Part shown: positions 25,771-40,579 of the stretch, piece after piece
Position numbering within the stretch: position 1 is the first letter of the stretch
Layout: every line of letters starts with the position of its first letter
Assembly: GCF_009834535.1 (NCBI RefSeq)
Contig: NC_045697.1
Span: 19,594,001-19,658,000 of the forward strand
Direction: 5' to 3'
Length of the DNA stretch: 64,000 bases
Source: Camelus ferus
Taxonomy: Eukaryota
The notes under the pieces: model-generated
What the model was told of the DNA's origin: nothing
Database searches by the model: none
The model's input: only the letters and a program-made list of their open reading frames with translations
Program-made: the position numbers and the translations under genes

Positions 25771-28724
25771 TCTTTCAAGAGACCAGTTCCCTTGAAGCTG
25801 AAGAGGCTTTTGCAAAGCTATTTTCAGAAAATAACACTCTACTTTCAGCTCTGGTCCAGGACACTCACACAACACTGGGAAGAAATTTTGATTTTTCCTC
25901 AGAAGAGAAATCTGCCTTCCTCCATTCTGGGATTGTTGGTTATTATAATCAGTTGGCCACAGTCATTTAATCTTCTTCTAATAGTTTTCTCATTTTTCTT
26001 TCTCTTGCTGAGAGGCCTCTGCTACAAGCTGCATTAAGGACAGTACCAAGTCCTCTTAGATTTGGATACTAGAAGAAGTAGATTAATGAAAGCATTTTTT
26101 TTTCCTGCGTAATTTAACATTGTCACTAGGAAAACATCTGTACCTAGGGACCAAGTTGGTGCAGATACAGGTGGCCTCAGGAAAGTAGACTCCTTCAATC
26201 CAGATCAGCAAAACAAAATTCAACTACCCGATACTAAAAGAAGTGATGGGTGAAGGTGCTCGAAAGGGCAAACTTCCAGTTACAGGATAAATATGTCCTT
26301 AAGAATAAATAAAAACATAAAACAAAGGATTTAATAATGACTAACACTCTACTTAATTTTTCTTAAAAAATTCCAATCCCAATTCAAAATGTCTAATCTC
26401 TAATCCTCAAATGAAAAGACTGTACTTGTATAACCTGAAATTAAATCCCTCAGAAGTCAGAAAAAAATTTTTAGGAAAGATCCTAATATAAATTAAAAGG
26501 TAATAAATCATCAGAAAGGTACAAAATAATGTTCTGGAAAAGAAAATAATGTCATATATTTATTTGCCTAACAAACTCTTTAAAACAATAGTTAATTATT
26601 ATGAAAATTGCCCCTATTAGGCACCTTTATTTTTCATGGCTGCATTATTATTTTTGTAGATTCAGCAAGAAGCCACCCCTCTTTTCACCAGGATATACTG
26701 GAATAAATCAGTGCTGCAAATTAGATCATGCCACAAATCTTGTTTATTTAAGTATAACAAGTCCTTTATTAGGAACAGGTACTATTCGTCCCACATGATC
26801 AAATAGAGCAAAACAAGTTAATGATGTTGAACTGGAAAAATCAATTAACAAATTTATATGTTCATTAAGGAGGGGGACTTGAACACAAGTCACAATTATA
26901 GCTAAGCAGGAGGAAAAAACAAACAAACAAACAAACAAACAAACAAAAAACCTCTTCCACCCTAAGATATACTAATGAGAAATAGCATCACTCTGCCTCA
27001 TTTCTCCACCAAAGTAAATGAACCAGCGAACATTTCCTGCAATTGGCTAATTCCCTAACAAAGACATTATTCCTGATTTTATAAATATATGTAAGTTTAA
27101 ATGTTGGATTTTATGGCGCAAATTTTGTAAACCCATTTTCTTTGTTAAATGCTTGTGTCTGAGGCTTCTTTTTAAAACAGATAACTCGGCAAAAGCAAAG
27201 CATATCAAAGTCCATGAGCTGGGGCAAATCAGACCAGATTTCTGCTCTAGTTGGGGTTTGTGGATTAGTCTCACTGGAGGAGAATGTGGATATTTTCACA
27301 ACCATGTTAGAAAGAAGATATGCATTTAACATACAATAAAGATAAGGGAAAGGATCTGTTTACTTTCCTTAATAAAGGCTTTTTGACCAGCACAGGAAAC
27401 TCTCATCATCATAATTAACAGCAGGCGGATAAATGCAGTTGCGTTTTTAAATTGCATCAATCTTTCACTAATGAAAAAACTACTCCTCATTGGTCTTAAC
27501 ACCAGGACACTATAAATAACCATCCTAAAACAGCCATGTGATGTGACTGCGTCCAGCATCATCACTACCACGGAGCACAGAACTTAATGTCTTTCCAATC
27601 TATCGTTGCACTCAAATCCTTTTATTAAATATGGTGAATTGCAACTAATTCCATAAGTCAAAATCCTTTTTATGTAGTAGATACTAATTAAAGATACCAT
27701 GCCTTTCAGGCTATTTTATGTTTATATATAGCAAGTAGAGAAATGTAACAAAGTTTGCCTGGTTTTCAGGCGGAAAAATATTTATTTTTTGGAGAATGCA
27801 ATGTAAGGCATCTCGGATGATCACTTTCATGTAGTTTCACAAGGTGAACATTTTTGAGTATTTTTGCGCCTTTAGAAGTGCTATTGCAAATTTCTTACCT
27901 AGTTAAGACCCTTTATTACTAACAGGAAGAGTGAGTGATTGCTCTGCCTAATTTTGGATGTTTGTGATGAGTAGGAAAAGATATGACAAGGATGTCAAAT
28001 CTCTGTGTTGCTTTTTTTTGTTTTACAATGTAACTAGCAATGTCATGCAATTTCTTTTCAATGATAGAGATGGTTTTCTTTATATATTCTCATATTAATC
28101 AAATTTTAAAAGCCACGTATATGAATGAGCTTCAAGTGAATGTCACATTTCTGAAAGGGTTTAATGTAGACAGAGGATGAACACACGGCAGTGGAATTAT
28201 AATGTCTAAGGAGTCTAGAACTAGAAGAAAACAAAAAGGAGTACTTTCTAGAAATTCACATTTCTAAACAACCATGACTCAGAAATCCAAATAAAAATAA
28301 TGATGAATAAATTTCCTGATTTTAAAAATGCAAATTGTTCTCAAATTTTAGTAAAATGCAAATATAGCAAATAATATTATTCCAGTTCAATGTTATTTCT
28401 CCTAAATATCCAATTAAATATCCAAATTAACTTGAAAACTAATTAAGAATAGTAATATTGCTTATACATTTTCAGGAAATATTCCTAGATCGTCCTCTCC
28501 AGTCTGGGACTCTATGTGAATTCTACCCTCCTTTACAGCCATTCATTCTTTTTCTCCTTCTCTCAATCATTCTGAAATATTTTTAGAGTGCCTACTAAAT
28601 GCTAGTCACTGTTTTGGGTTCTAAAGTGGAGTTAGGAACAAGAGAGAAGAGGTCATGTTCCCTTGGAGCTTGCCTTCCAGTGGAGGGATGGATAAATAGA
28701 TAAGACAGCTTCAGTTATTGGTAA

Positions 28725-29130
28725 ATGTTAGACTGAATAACAAAGTACCACCAACTGTGTGGCTTAAACAATGGAAAGGTATTGTCACCATCCTGGAGGC
28801 TGGAAGTCCCAGATCAAGGTGTTGGCAGCTCTGAGTCCCATCTGGGGGCTGTGAGGAAGGATCAGTTCCATGATTCCTCTCTAGCGTCTGGTGGTTTGCT
28901 GGCAATCTCTGGTATCCTTTAGCTTGTAGCATCACCCTGGTCATGATCTTCACAGGTTCTTCTCCTGTATGGGCAGTTTCTGTGTCCAAATTTCCTCTTT
29001 TTCTACACTATTCGTGTTGGATTAGGACCCTTCTTAATTACCTTCTTTTAACTTGATCGCCACTGTCAATGCCCTGTCTCCAAATAAAGTCACACATCTT
29101 ACTCGGAGACCCACAATTTTAGCCATAATA
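28725..29130 (-). mobile_element. MaLR LTR (MLT1C-like)
   Basis: aacaaagtaccaccaactgtgtggcttaaacaa...ctggaggctggaagtcccagatcaaggtgttggcag...ccaaataaagtcaca. Confidence 0.85.
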
Positions 29131-31604
29131 GTCATTTATTTGGCACTGACAGAATTTGAAGTTTGTGACTGTAAACCTATTAACTTTGTAAATTGCAATG
29201 TGTGCAATATAGCAAAAAGGATGGAATTGTGTTTTAAGCCCCCGTTCTGTTACTATGTTGTTCTTTCAGATATGTTGAGATGCATAAGGGTGGCTCGTAG
29301 GTGATGGACAATTCCACAAATGGTCTTTTTGCATGTTGACAGATTTTTGTACCCCAGTATTTCATAACACTTTTTATATCCATAGAGCTGCATTTAGGGT
29401 AAAAAAAATACAGTGACTTGTTAGTGATGACTTAAGTGAAGATGAAAATTGATTCATCCCAAATTCACTCAGTTTCTATGACGTACCAAGCACAAGAAAG
29501 GCAGGAATGAGCTCTATGGAGAACAAAGATTCAGGTTTGCCCAGGACAGACCCTAGTTAATGCTGAAAGTCCTGTACCTTAGGGAGCTCCTCAGTCCCAG
29601 TCAAACTTATCTTCCTAAGTCTGACAGACTTGCAGTTCATTATAAAGATTTAATTTTAATTCTATTTTGTGTCTTTTATTCATTTTTCCTTTTCCCCCTG
29701 AACAGTATTTAGAAGACAATCAAATACACTATTTCTGAAATGTACAAGAAGAAAATAAAGATGAAGATCATTTAAATAAAGTTTGGTGAAATGAATGCTA
29801 TGATGTCTCATAACTTTCCTTGAACTGGGTAGCAAGTCTGTCACTGAGTGTTGGCAGACCGTTGACTCATAGGACTTTCTGTCGGAACAAGAGGAAAAAT
29901 GACTTTCGAGACAAAGGGGCAAAAAATACAGGGCAGTCCTGGGGATTCTGTAACACTGCACTTAGAACACCCCTACCCTGAACACTCTTTTCCCCAATTT
30001 TTTGCAGAACATCAGCTCTTGCTTCAAGAGGACACTATAAATTTAAATCCCAGTTCTGTCTCCCACATCTCTGTGATTTTTTTCACCAAGATTCTGTTTT
30101 TGTTTCTAAAACTTGTTTTCTGAACTATTAAAGGTGGAGAGAGGATTCTTACAATACTTAAAGATTTAATATGAGGTTTAAACAGCATGACATTTCCTAA
30201 TGCATCTGTATCTAGACAAAAGTAGGTATTCAATAAATGTTAAATATTAGCACGGGGCTCAACACATGTGCTACCTCCTCTTTGTGGCCTTTCCTGAAAT
30301 CTTGGTAAATTTCCTTCACTTCCTCTCTTCCCTGTCCGTGATCTGTCTTGCCAATTCAGTACTTTATTATGCAGATTTATTTATTACACATATTTATTTC
30401 TACTTCTGCTGCTTCAAATGTATGCAAGCTTCTTGCTGATAATGACCAATGATTTCATATTTCTGATGCCTAACACAGTGTCAGGCATGTAGTAGAGATT
30501 CAACACATTTTTGGCAACAGATAATGGATAAAGAAGTGGTGAGAATGGTGAGGCAGAGTAGGTCACCCAGGAAGTGACGAATTGAATACTGGAGAGAATA
30601 ATTTAAAATGTAATAATCAATCACTTTTTACCCAAATTTGCTTCCCTTTATACAAGATGCACATCAATTCATGCTGCCTTTCTACCCCTGTGCTCACCCA
30701 CTGGCTACAAGAAGAAGACTTTGTCTGCAATCTTCAACATTTGAAACATTCCCCAAAGATTCCATACAATGCTATTCATGTCACAATGTTTCTTTACTTG
30801 CTGATTCCTCCATATGAAACATCTTGCTTTCTCCATTTCCACCCTACCAACCTCTCTTCCCTCTTCACTCAAATAAACCTTAGTAATTCTTCAAAACTCA
30901 GTTTCAGTAGGCTTTTCCAACCTACTCCAACCCCACCTCCCAAGGCCTAAATATATTTCTTATATATTCCATTGCATACCATGTAACATTCTTCCATTCC
31001 CTCTCTCTCTTTATCTTATAGTTGCCAGTTGTGTCTTGAGAGTGAAAGCATACTCGTGGAAGAGACAGTCAGTGACTCTTATTTCTCTATATTACACCTT
31101 AGCCAGTGCCTGATAAATAAAGAATACAAAAACGATTTTTGAATGAATGCCTTTGAATCTGAAATCAAGCAAGCACGCACCTTCTCCTCATTTGACAGAA
31201 GCTGTATCCCTCCAGGGTTGTGCAGGGTGAATTGTTACACTGCAGCTGTTGCTTTCTAGGGAGCTACAGCAAGGCTGTACAATGGAGTTTAATGACTACA
31301 GATTGAAAGGTTGTTTGCTAGCAATACACTAGGATCCTCTCCATTAGATGTCAACCAGTGTCATCTTAAGGTTCAAGTCCTATGGGCTAGCTCTCATCTG
31401 GGGCCAAGTACACTGCTTGATAGAAACATCCTCTTTCAAGTCAGTGATTCAGTGATGGAAAGATGGTTAACAGCCAGGTAGGGGTTCTTTACTTACAGCT
31501 TACTTAAATTTAAATTATACCTTCTTCAATTAAGGTCATACCTTCTGCCTGTGAATTGTGTATATTCCTTTTTTATATAGAATAATCACCTATACACCTA
31601 AGTA

Positions 31605-31765
31605 AAGGGAGCACTAGACATAGAGACAGGAGCCTGTGGTTGAGCTGTGTTCTGTTTGGGAAAGCTATTTGACCAGGGGCATGCTGATTAAACTCTTTAT
31701 CCATTTCCTCTTCTCCAAAAGAGAGAGTAGAATTCCCATCTCAGAGTATTATTGAAGAAATGAAA
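31605..31765 (+). mobile_element. MIR SINE
   Basis: agcactagacatagagacaggagcctg...cccatctcagagtattattgaag. Confidence 0.6.
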
Positions 31766-31891
31766 TTATATATATGTGTATATATATTTATATTATATAT
31801 ATAATAAAGTTATATTATATAATACATGTGTATATATGTATATTACATATAATAATGTTATGTTATATATAATAATGTTATATTTTATATA

Positions 31892-31945
<54 letters not shown>
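31766..31945. repeat. TA-rich low-complexity tract with (TA)n
   Basis: Visible. Confidence 0.9.
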
Positions 31946-31947
<2 letters not shown>

Positions 31948-33132
31948 TAAAAACAGAATATGTATTTTTGGAATATAAGTTATTTTTGAGGAGTTTTTTT
32001 TTTTTTTTTCTGGTTTACCACCAAAACCTTCTTTTGGACAGCAAATATAAACTGTTGAGCACATGTCTATGCTTATTTCTTGAGGAAGCTGAGCTTGTTT
32101 CTTGTGATTTTAACACATTCTGGGCTTTGGGTTTGTCATTTGCCTGTGTAATGTTTATAAGTAAGGATTAACCCTTTTGGATCTGGTCACATGAAGGCAT
32201 ATGGGTTTACTCTCTAGTAGCTCAAAGCCTGTCATGACTTAGACAGTTGAACATGCTTATGCTGCTGTGGTAGGTGGCTAGGTAGATGGGGAACCAAACC
32301 TGAGATTGTGTGGTTCTAAGACACATCTTCCACTGTGGGAACAAAACTGCAGGAAATAAAATTTTGAAAGATGATTTCAATAATCCCAGACCATATAAAA
32401 AAATTGACCAGCACACAGGAGTCCCAATGTTAGAATTTTACAGCAACTAGGGGATGCAGAGATAAATAAGACAGACTTTCTAAGCTCAAAGACAGATTGA
32501 GACAATAAACGGCAATTTCAAATATTATTAATATTCTCTGATCATAACGAAACCAAAGATACAAAGGATGTGGGTAATAATAATAAAATAATAATAGTAA
32601 CAGAAATTAGTATATGATTAGCTACCATAAATGAGCATTATGGAAAATGTAAGAAGAAGAAATTGCTTTCCTCTAGTGTGAGTAAATGGTTATCATCAGG
32701 CTTGGGCCCTGCACAATTCTAGATTTCTCTAAGAAGATGATCTCAGATTTCCTGTTGCAACACTATTTCCATAGACATGATGGAGCTAAGATGGATGAAG
32801 AATGATGTGTTCTAAAGGCTAATTGTCATACTTGTTTACTGTGTAACACTTGATATGGGACTGGACTTAGCCTGGAGTAGCTTTGATTTGTAACTGGAAT
32901 AACATAAAAGACAGGTGGGAAACCAAGGCAATGGCTTCTGTATGTCAAGGTGAGTCACATGCTTGGATTTCATCCCTGACAAGCACACACTTCCTTTGGA
33001 TGCATTGGGCAGGGTGGAGTACGGTGAGAAGTTGTGTATGAGTACCTGCTGAATCTCCCAAGGAGATAAAAGGAGCTGAATTGCTTATTCTGTATTCTTC
33101 CATAAAGCTCAGTCAATATGCTTGTGAATTAA

Positions 33133-34000
33133 AACAGGCACATGAAAAGATGCTCAACATCGCTAATCATCAGGGAAATGCAAATCAAACACACAATGAG
33201 ATACAGCCTCATACCTGTCAGAATAACTATCATCAAAAAGAGCACAAATAACAAATGTTGGCAAGGATGTGGAGAAAAGGGAACCCTAATTCACTGTTGG
33301 TGGGAATGGAAATGGGTGCAGCCACTGTGAAAAATGGTAGGGAGGTCTCTAAAGAAACTAAAAATAGAACTGCCATAAGACCCAGCAATTCCCCTCCTGG
33401 CTATATATGCAAGAAACCAAAAATACTAATTCAAAAAGATAAAAGAACCCCAATGTTCATAGCAGCATTATTTACAGTAGCCAAGATACAGAAGCAATCT
33501 AAGTCTCCATTAACACATGAAGGGATAAAAAAAGATGTGGTGTATGTGTATATACATTTATATTTACATTTATATTTATATTTACATTTACGTTTATATT
33601 TATATACACACCACAATGGAATACTACTCAGCCATAAAAAAGAGCAAAATTTTGCCATTTGCAGCAATGTGGGTGGAGCTGGAGGGTACTATGTTAAATG
33701 AAATAAGTCAGACTAAGACAAATACTGTATGATGTCACTTATATGTGAAATCTAAAAAAAAATACAACAAACTAGTGAATATAACAAAAAAGAAGCAGAC
33801 TCACAGATATAGGGAAAAAACTAGTAGTTACCAGTGGGGGTGGGAGGGGCAATGTAGGGGTGGAGGAATGGGAAGTACAAACTTTTGGGTGTAAGGTATG
33901 CTCAAGGATGTGTTGTACAACACAGGGAATGCAGCCAATGTTTGTGATAACTATAAATGGAAAGTAACCTTTAAATATTTTATAAATGTTTTTAAAAAGA
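33133..34000 (+). mobile_element. 5'-truncated L1: ORF2 C-terminal cysteine-rich region and 3' UTR
   Basis: ORF 33142-33330 is L1 ORF2 ([17 protein letters not shown]...[16 protein letters not shown]); internal (TACATT/TATATT)n at ~33551-33605. Confidence 0.95.
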
Positions 34001-34944
34001 TCAAACTCTTAAAAAAAGCCCCATTGCATCTCCTTACTGTTATTACTAGCATGAGCCTGTGGTGTTTTGGTGAGCTTTTATGACCAAAGTGGATCTGGAG
34101 ATCTTGAGAAACAGATGGAAACATTGCATGTAGGTGTAACAGTATGAATTTTAGACTATAAGGTGGTGAGGGTAGCGATGCACGGACATGTTGGGGAAAG
34201 AGTGGCTGGAGTGAAATGGTCATGAAATGGTACCACAGCTGTCCACATTTGCAAATGCCAGCTGGAGGCGATGGAAGGGGCTGCAGGGGTGGGTGGAGGA
34301 TGGGATGTGGGTGAGAAAGTGTAGAAAGAAGGCCAAGCATGACAAGAGCCATGAAAATGTATGGTGAGTTTGAAGAAGGATGTAAGAAAATCAACTGTCA
34401 TTAAATGGCAAGGCCTTTTATTGGAAGATTTTGGCGTCAGTTCACAGGTCATTAAGTGAGCATTTTTCTGGATATCCTGGGTAAATTATATGTCTTTTTG
34501 TCTCTATGATTTCTAGATTTCAACTTGAAAAATTCTACTATAGTTTCTCAGGATAATAAATCAAGAGAAATCAGTGAGGATTTTTATCTTTGTTCTTGAA
34601 TGCAGAAATGACAATTTTATGCAATATTATTTCACTCAAAATATCCCTCTTGCACTTGAATGTCTGTAACTCCTAATTTTCTTAATTATTTCTGAAGCAT
34701 TGATAGTTAAAGGAGGGTTCTAAGATTCTGACAGATGACTGAAAGTAAGGGAAACCCTGGGTTAGGAGTGGGACTTATCCTAGTGATTAGCAAACACATG
34801 CTTATAAATCATTAGAGACCGCTGCTCTGAGTTTTCTTCTTTGATTATAAATAGATGTGTTATGCAGCTTGTTAAAGCTACTCTAACATTTGGATTAGTT
34901 CCCACACATCTTTTGGGCCACAGGGACATGAAACAGAAACAGAG

Positions 34945-35110
34945 GCGAGATTTTAGTCCATCATCCATAATTAATTAGCTGTCTTTTGGAGGAAGTCCTT
35001 TCAACTCTCTGGGATTCTTTTTGTTCATCTGAAAAGCAGGGATAGAATAAACCCTCAAAGTGAGATAATGGATGTAAATGCCCACATTGCCTTGGCTAGG
35101 ATAATGTATT
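34945..35110 (+). mobile_element. MIR SINE
   Basis: aattagctgtc..aagtcctttcaactctctggg..ttcatctgaaaagcagggatag. Confidence 0.6.
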
Positions 35111-38100
35111 ATATAAATATGCTGTCTTTAGAACAACAGTTACATCACCTTCCATCTTAAAATAAAATCAGTTCCACAATTTTATCCAGTGATCTACACA
35201 CATGCAAACACACACACACACATTTGTTATTTTGACTAATTCAATTTGATGCTTTTTTATATTAAATACACTAATTGGTTGATTTTTTAATATTGTATCT
35301 TTAAAAAGCATAAACTTTTTTTCTTCTTCCCTGTATATGAATTAGAGGATTTTCTCTAGGGAAACAGTTTAACTGCAGATATTCAAGGTAATCGTTTTCA
35401 GCTTGAGGCATGAGGTTGGTTTAGTAATCTGCATATAGATTTTGAGCTGTTTCATTTGTTATATGTTTATGTCTTTCATTGTAGCAATCTAATAAAAATC
35501 ACAATAGGGCATATTGTGCTGGCATGACTTGTTTAGGAAATTATGAAATTTTGATTGATCTCAATTTTAATTTTTATACTAACATCTTATGATTAGACCA
35601 GCACTTTAAATTCTATAGCATGTTCATATATGGCTTATAAGCAGAAGCAGATGCTTTCTCTCAAGTCTTGTCTGTTGAAGCAAATACTTACTTGGCCTGT
35701 GTTTAGAATGAGAGTCCTGAAGTACCCTCCGAATCTCTGAACATGGAATGTTCTAGCTCATTCTCAGGTTTCTTCACTGCCTGAACTCCAAAATTTCTGG
35801 CAGCCTACTGGGGACTATGGGATTAGAAGTGAATACAGTGGAACTGGGCATAATTCAGGGTAAACCAGGTGTATCCATTGTGTAATTGCTTTAAACACAA
35901 GACAGACTGTGTGTGCTGGATGGATTTGTCTAAGAACCAGGCTGTACAATAGGAGGCTAGCGTTACTTGTTCAGGACAAAGAAATGACAATATTAAAATA
36001 ATTATTTTAGTATCTCTCTGTGAAGGAAAAAGGACAAGATACCACTTGGCTGGTAAGCTTTCATAAGCTTATGAAAGGATTATTATCATTTTTATAGGAC
36101 CAGGAAATCATAAATAAAGATTTAAGTCAACTATTGACTATCATCTGAGAGGTCCAGATAGAACCACGTTGAGGGTGAGAGTTTTTAAGCAAAAGAAAGT
36201 ATGAAAAACAATCAAAGCGACTTATATTTAGGTTTTAATTGTCTCACCTGTGCCTAGATACCCTAATTCCAGAGTTTTATATCTTTGTATTTGGAGGCTG
36301 AAGAGAGAATAAATTATTTGGTTTTGATATTCCTCAGCAGACAATTCTGCAGGTAATTCACCACTTTTCACTCCAACATTTGCTCTGTTTGGGGTGAACA
36401 GAATTTAAACATTTCTTGTAAGACATATGGAGAGTAGGTGTGAAGCAATTCTCACTCTATTAACACGTTTCTTGACAGATTCTCGCATTGGTCAAGAGAT
36501 GGTAACAGTTTTCAGGGAACTGAGATGCACGTACCCTGGAGGTGATGCATGTTCTAGAGAGGGTTCGGGAAAAGCTCGAGAGTTACATGAACTTCTCTTT
36601 AAATAACTCGAATTGTTGTCAAAAGAATGTGACTTAGACGATGACGGGAAGTAGATAGCAAAAAAAAAAAAAAAAAGTTTTCCATCATGAATTAACGCCA
36701 ATATTAAGAGGCTGAACTGAGAGGATGTTTCTCATAAACAGAATTGTAAAAATGTTTAGCTCTGATGTGACGAGCATCTTTAATATAACACAGTGAAATG
36801 CAACATCTTACTCAGGAAAATAGATTGTTTTGTCTCTTCTTCTCCTACTGTCAACTTTGTTGTGCAGCCCAGACTATGGTTTAAAAAGACGAAGGCAGAA
36901 CAAACCATTCCCACCCAACAGAATATTCCACTGCTGAATACTTTTTTAAAATCTGTGCTTCTTTTCTCACGAACTCTCAAATACTTATCTGGAGCCAAAG
37001 TATATGAACGTAACAGGAAGCAGTTTTTAAAGGCATGTGGAACCTCATAGCAATTTTTTTTTCTTTGGGACCAACTTTGGTAAAATATAAGACAGCTGCA
37101 GATTGGTAATTTTGCACATAAAATGGCTGCAGGTTGGTGAAAATAGAAATTGGGAAAAGTGGACCATTTGCCAAAGGCCTTTTTCATCGTTTTCCTTCTT
37201 GCTGCTGAGTGGCTATTGTCACTGATTTGGTAGAAGCCCCTGCACTTTTAGGTGATACATTCCACCTTCCAGTAAGCCAAGTCTGTAAGACTAAATCTCT
37301 TTTTGTCCACCATTTCGTATAACCTCTGTAGTTTCCAAAAAAAAAAAAAAAAATCTTCTTCCTGGTAGCTCTATATTAGTAGCTTAAACTCTGCCATAGA
37401 CCCATTGGATTAAAAACAGCTGGATAATTCAGACTGTTTCACTCTTTTTAGTTGAAGAGGAGAGAGGGTGGACAAGCACCCAACACATGTACTTGACAGG
37501 TTCAGGGATAGGAAGTGGTTTGCAGAGGACACGTTGATAGAGTGCGTATTAGCTTCGCGAACAGTCATGGAAAACAGAATCTGCTTTTACCTGAACTCAA
37601 AGAGTTGTTAGAGAAACAGATCAAATGTGCACGTAAATAAAAGGAAGCTCCTAAAATTGTAACTTTGTTTGCAACGTTTACAGAAGAAGTGACCTGCTGT
37701 GTGAGATGTCACTGAAACTTAATAAACTGGGATTTACCTTGGATTTCAAATCAGTTATTTTTCTTTGCCATGGTTTTGCCATCGAGATAATGGATGAAAT
37801 ATTCATTTAAGCTCCCTTTGTATCTTAATAATTGGTACTAAACGTGTTTGGACTCCTAATCTGTCCCAAAATCATGGTTCTGGGATGAGAGAGATGAGTG
37901 GTAAAGACAGGAAAGCTGGCGGTTAGAATGAACTTCTCACTCTCAACAAATTTCCCCTTTATCTCTAATAGCTTTCAGTAGTGTTCCACCTGGTACATGT
38001 TAGTTAACAATAACAGCTGTGCACCTTACAATAAATAGTCTTATTCTGATCTTCAAATCCCGATCTTTTCTTTTGATTGATTTCTTGATTAAAACTTTAT

Positions 38101-38242
38101 TTTTCTTCAAATGATGACATTTTAAAATTCTGGTAATACGAAAATGTACAAAAAGAAAGTGTCAATCATTCAATAATTTCCTATACTGAAATGAACCATA
38201 ATTTACATTAAAGCGTTTCTTTCCTCCCTGCCTTAATTTAGA

Positions 38243-38492
38243 CGATATTTTTTTCAAACTATGGCTTCTAACTTATTAAGGATGGTACTAAATTAAATTT
38301 GTGGGTAACCAACATTAAAACAATAAAATAGAACAGAACAGACAATTCATTGCATATAGCATGGGTACATGTACTCATGAAAATTTTGTTTTAATTGCTT
38401 GTGTGTGTGTGTATGTATTTGTGTGTGTACTGTTTGGTATAAATTTTATTTCTTCCTACGGTTAATAGTCAAATAAATTTTGTAAGATAATG
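38243..38492 (+). mobile_element. hAT-Charlie MITE (Charlie4a-like)
   Basis: ttttcaaactatgg...aaattaaatttgtgggtaaccaac..aaaatagaacagaacag...gtcaaataaatttt. Confidence 0.55.
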
Positions 38493-39584
38493 ACTTAGAC
38501 AATGGATGGAAGTCAATCTGAATCCAAAAGAGCAAAACTGGAGACAATTGCGTATAATTACGGTTGAAAATGAGACAAAATCAGGGGCCAGGAAGGAAAG
38601 GGAGAGCAAGGGTGAGATGGAGAATGAGAACAAAGAGAAAGGAACAGAGATAATGGAGCCCTACTTAAGGGCTGTTGCTGAAAACAGTCCTTTGCCTTAG
38701 AATCATTTCTCGTGCTAGATAGCCCCTTCGGATGAGCATCTGAGGCCTGAGACAGGTACTGAACGTGGAGTGTATGTACTACAAGAGTAGGGACAGCCTT
38801 TAAAACAGGTGAAATGGGCATGACCTGGGATGTATGGTTTTAGCAATATCTCCCCGGCTGAGAATCCTCTCCAGGAAGATGGCACGATGAAATTCACGCT
38901 AAGTTTCATTCTCTTTTTAAAGCTTTAGGAAATGTGCATACTTCCCCATCAGGTCACATTTAAAGTTCATAGCAATCATCTATCTCCCTGATTGAGCCAT
39001 TTCACCTGCCTGGGACTCAGCTTTTCCATGATGAAACTAAGATGTTGGTTGAGATCACCTCAAAATTCCCTTCTAACTCTGATATTATGTGATTTATATG
39101 TGAGATGACCGATGAAACAATAAGAAAAGAGATTTTGATAGGAATAAAGTGGTAGCCAGCTGGAGGTAAAAACACATGTGTAAGTGGGAAGATATTGCAG
39201 TTCAGAGTTCAAAACATGTTTCCAAATTCAAAAATTCTCCAAGGACTGATTGAAGGGAAGGAAATTACAATACTAGCATGACTTTTGATTGTTTGCTGTT
39301 TGCCAGACGCCATACTTAGCTCTTCACTGTTTTTCATTAAGTCTGTGTAATAACTTCTATAGTGTACACCGTATTAGCTACAGGTGACTCAGTGATTCAT
39401 TAACAGAATCAGAAACCAAACCTAGCTTTGTCTATCATAAATCCCGTATTTTTCACTGGTGTAAACTGCCAAGTCAATATTTTGAAACATAATTAAGATT
39501 ATATTTTATATTGTTGAAAATATACTGATAATCTCAATATTCTGATTTTTAAAGCACATGCTGTATAAAGGCACTATGTAAGGA

Positions 39585-39830
39585 CTGGTGTAATATGAAG
39601 CATAGAGGGTACAGAGTCAGAAAATATGGATTCTAACATCAGCTGCCCCTTATGATAGGGAGATCTTTGTCGAGCTGCATAAACCCCTGAAGTATAGTTT
39701 ATCTTTGAAACACATTAAGAAACATTTCTAGTCACCTGTTCTGCATGCCTCAGGTCTGTAACTAGGATAAAACAAATAAATCTACTTGAAAACATTTTAT
39801 AAATTATAAAGCAATGAATAAGTGAATAAT
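39585..39830 (+). mobile_element. MIR SINE
   Basis: gcatagagggtacagagtcagaaaatatggattctaac. Confidence 0.55.
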
Positions 39831-40579
39831 ATATTACTTAATTTATTCTTGGATTTATCCATTCCCTGAACAAGAGAGGGGCTTTTTAAAAATGATGCTG
39901 TGTAAACTATTAAGTTTTTTATGATAAATTTTGCATCAGCATAAAGAAATAATGAAAGTGATGTTAATTGTTAAAGTTGAAAAATAGTGACATCAGAAAA
40001 ATCCAAGGGAGAAACACAGGGTTGTCTGAGAAGGGTTGCCCAATAGGATGTACTCCAAGGTCAAAAGTCCAAACACAATGAGACGCTGGACTACCTGAAA
40101 TGGAAGATTGAGATCAGGTGACTTGGATGGCTGATGGCAGAGGTAGTTTTGACAAAAGATAAGCAACATAAAAGATCGTTGAATCAAAGCAGGAACTGTT
40201 TCTTCTCAAAGATGAGGTGCAATGGCATTTTGAGCATGAAAGATGTGGTTGCTGTTATGTGAAAAGAAATCCATAAAGGCCTTTAAGCCAACAGTGATAT
40301 TGTAGGACAGGAGTGAAACAAGTTAGCGAGTTTTATTGTAAGAGGTTTGGAAAAGAAAATCAATGTTTTCTTATCAAGGGCTGGTTCTCCCTCCTTTGAA
40401 TTCTGTATGAAGTCATCTGTAGAAACTCTTCCTAGGGTTGTAAGAAAGAAATCAGGCTTCAGGTGCCTGTACCGGTGAAAAGTTGGTCAAGTTTCAGCTT
40501 TTTGTCACTCAAAGTGAACGTTGCCTTAAGGGTTCTGAACCCTGAAGTAAGGGCTTGGTGATATGGGCAATGTACTAAC

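Noticed and set aside
29135..29415. Possible Tc1/mariner (Tigger-like) remnant
   Set aside because: Only a terminus-like aaaatacagt end is visible; not enough to call without a Dfam search.
33551..33605. Periodic YLHLYL/KYKCKY peptide repeats
   Set aside because: These are translations of a hexamer microsatellite inside an L1.
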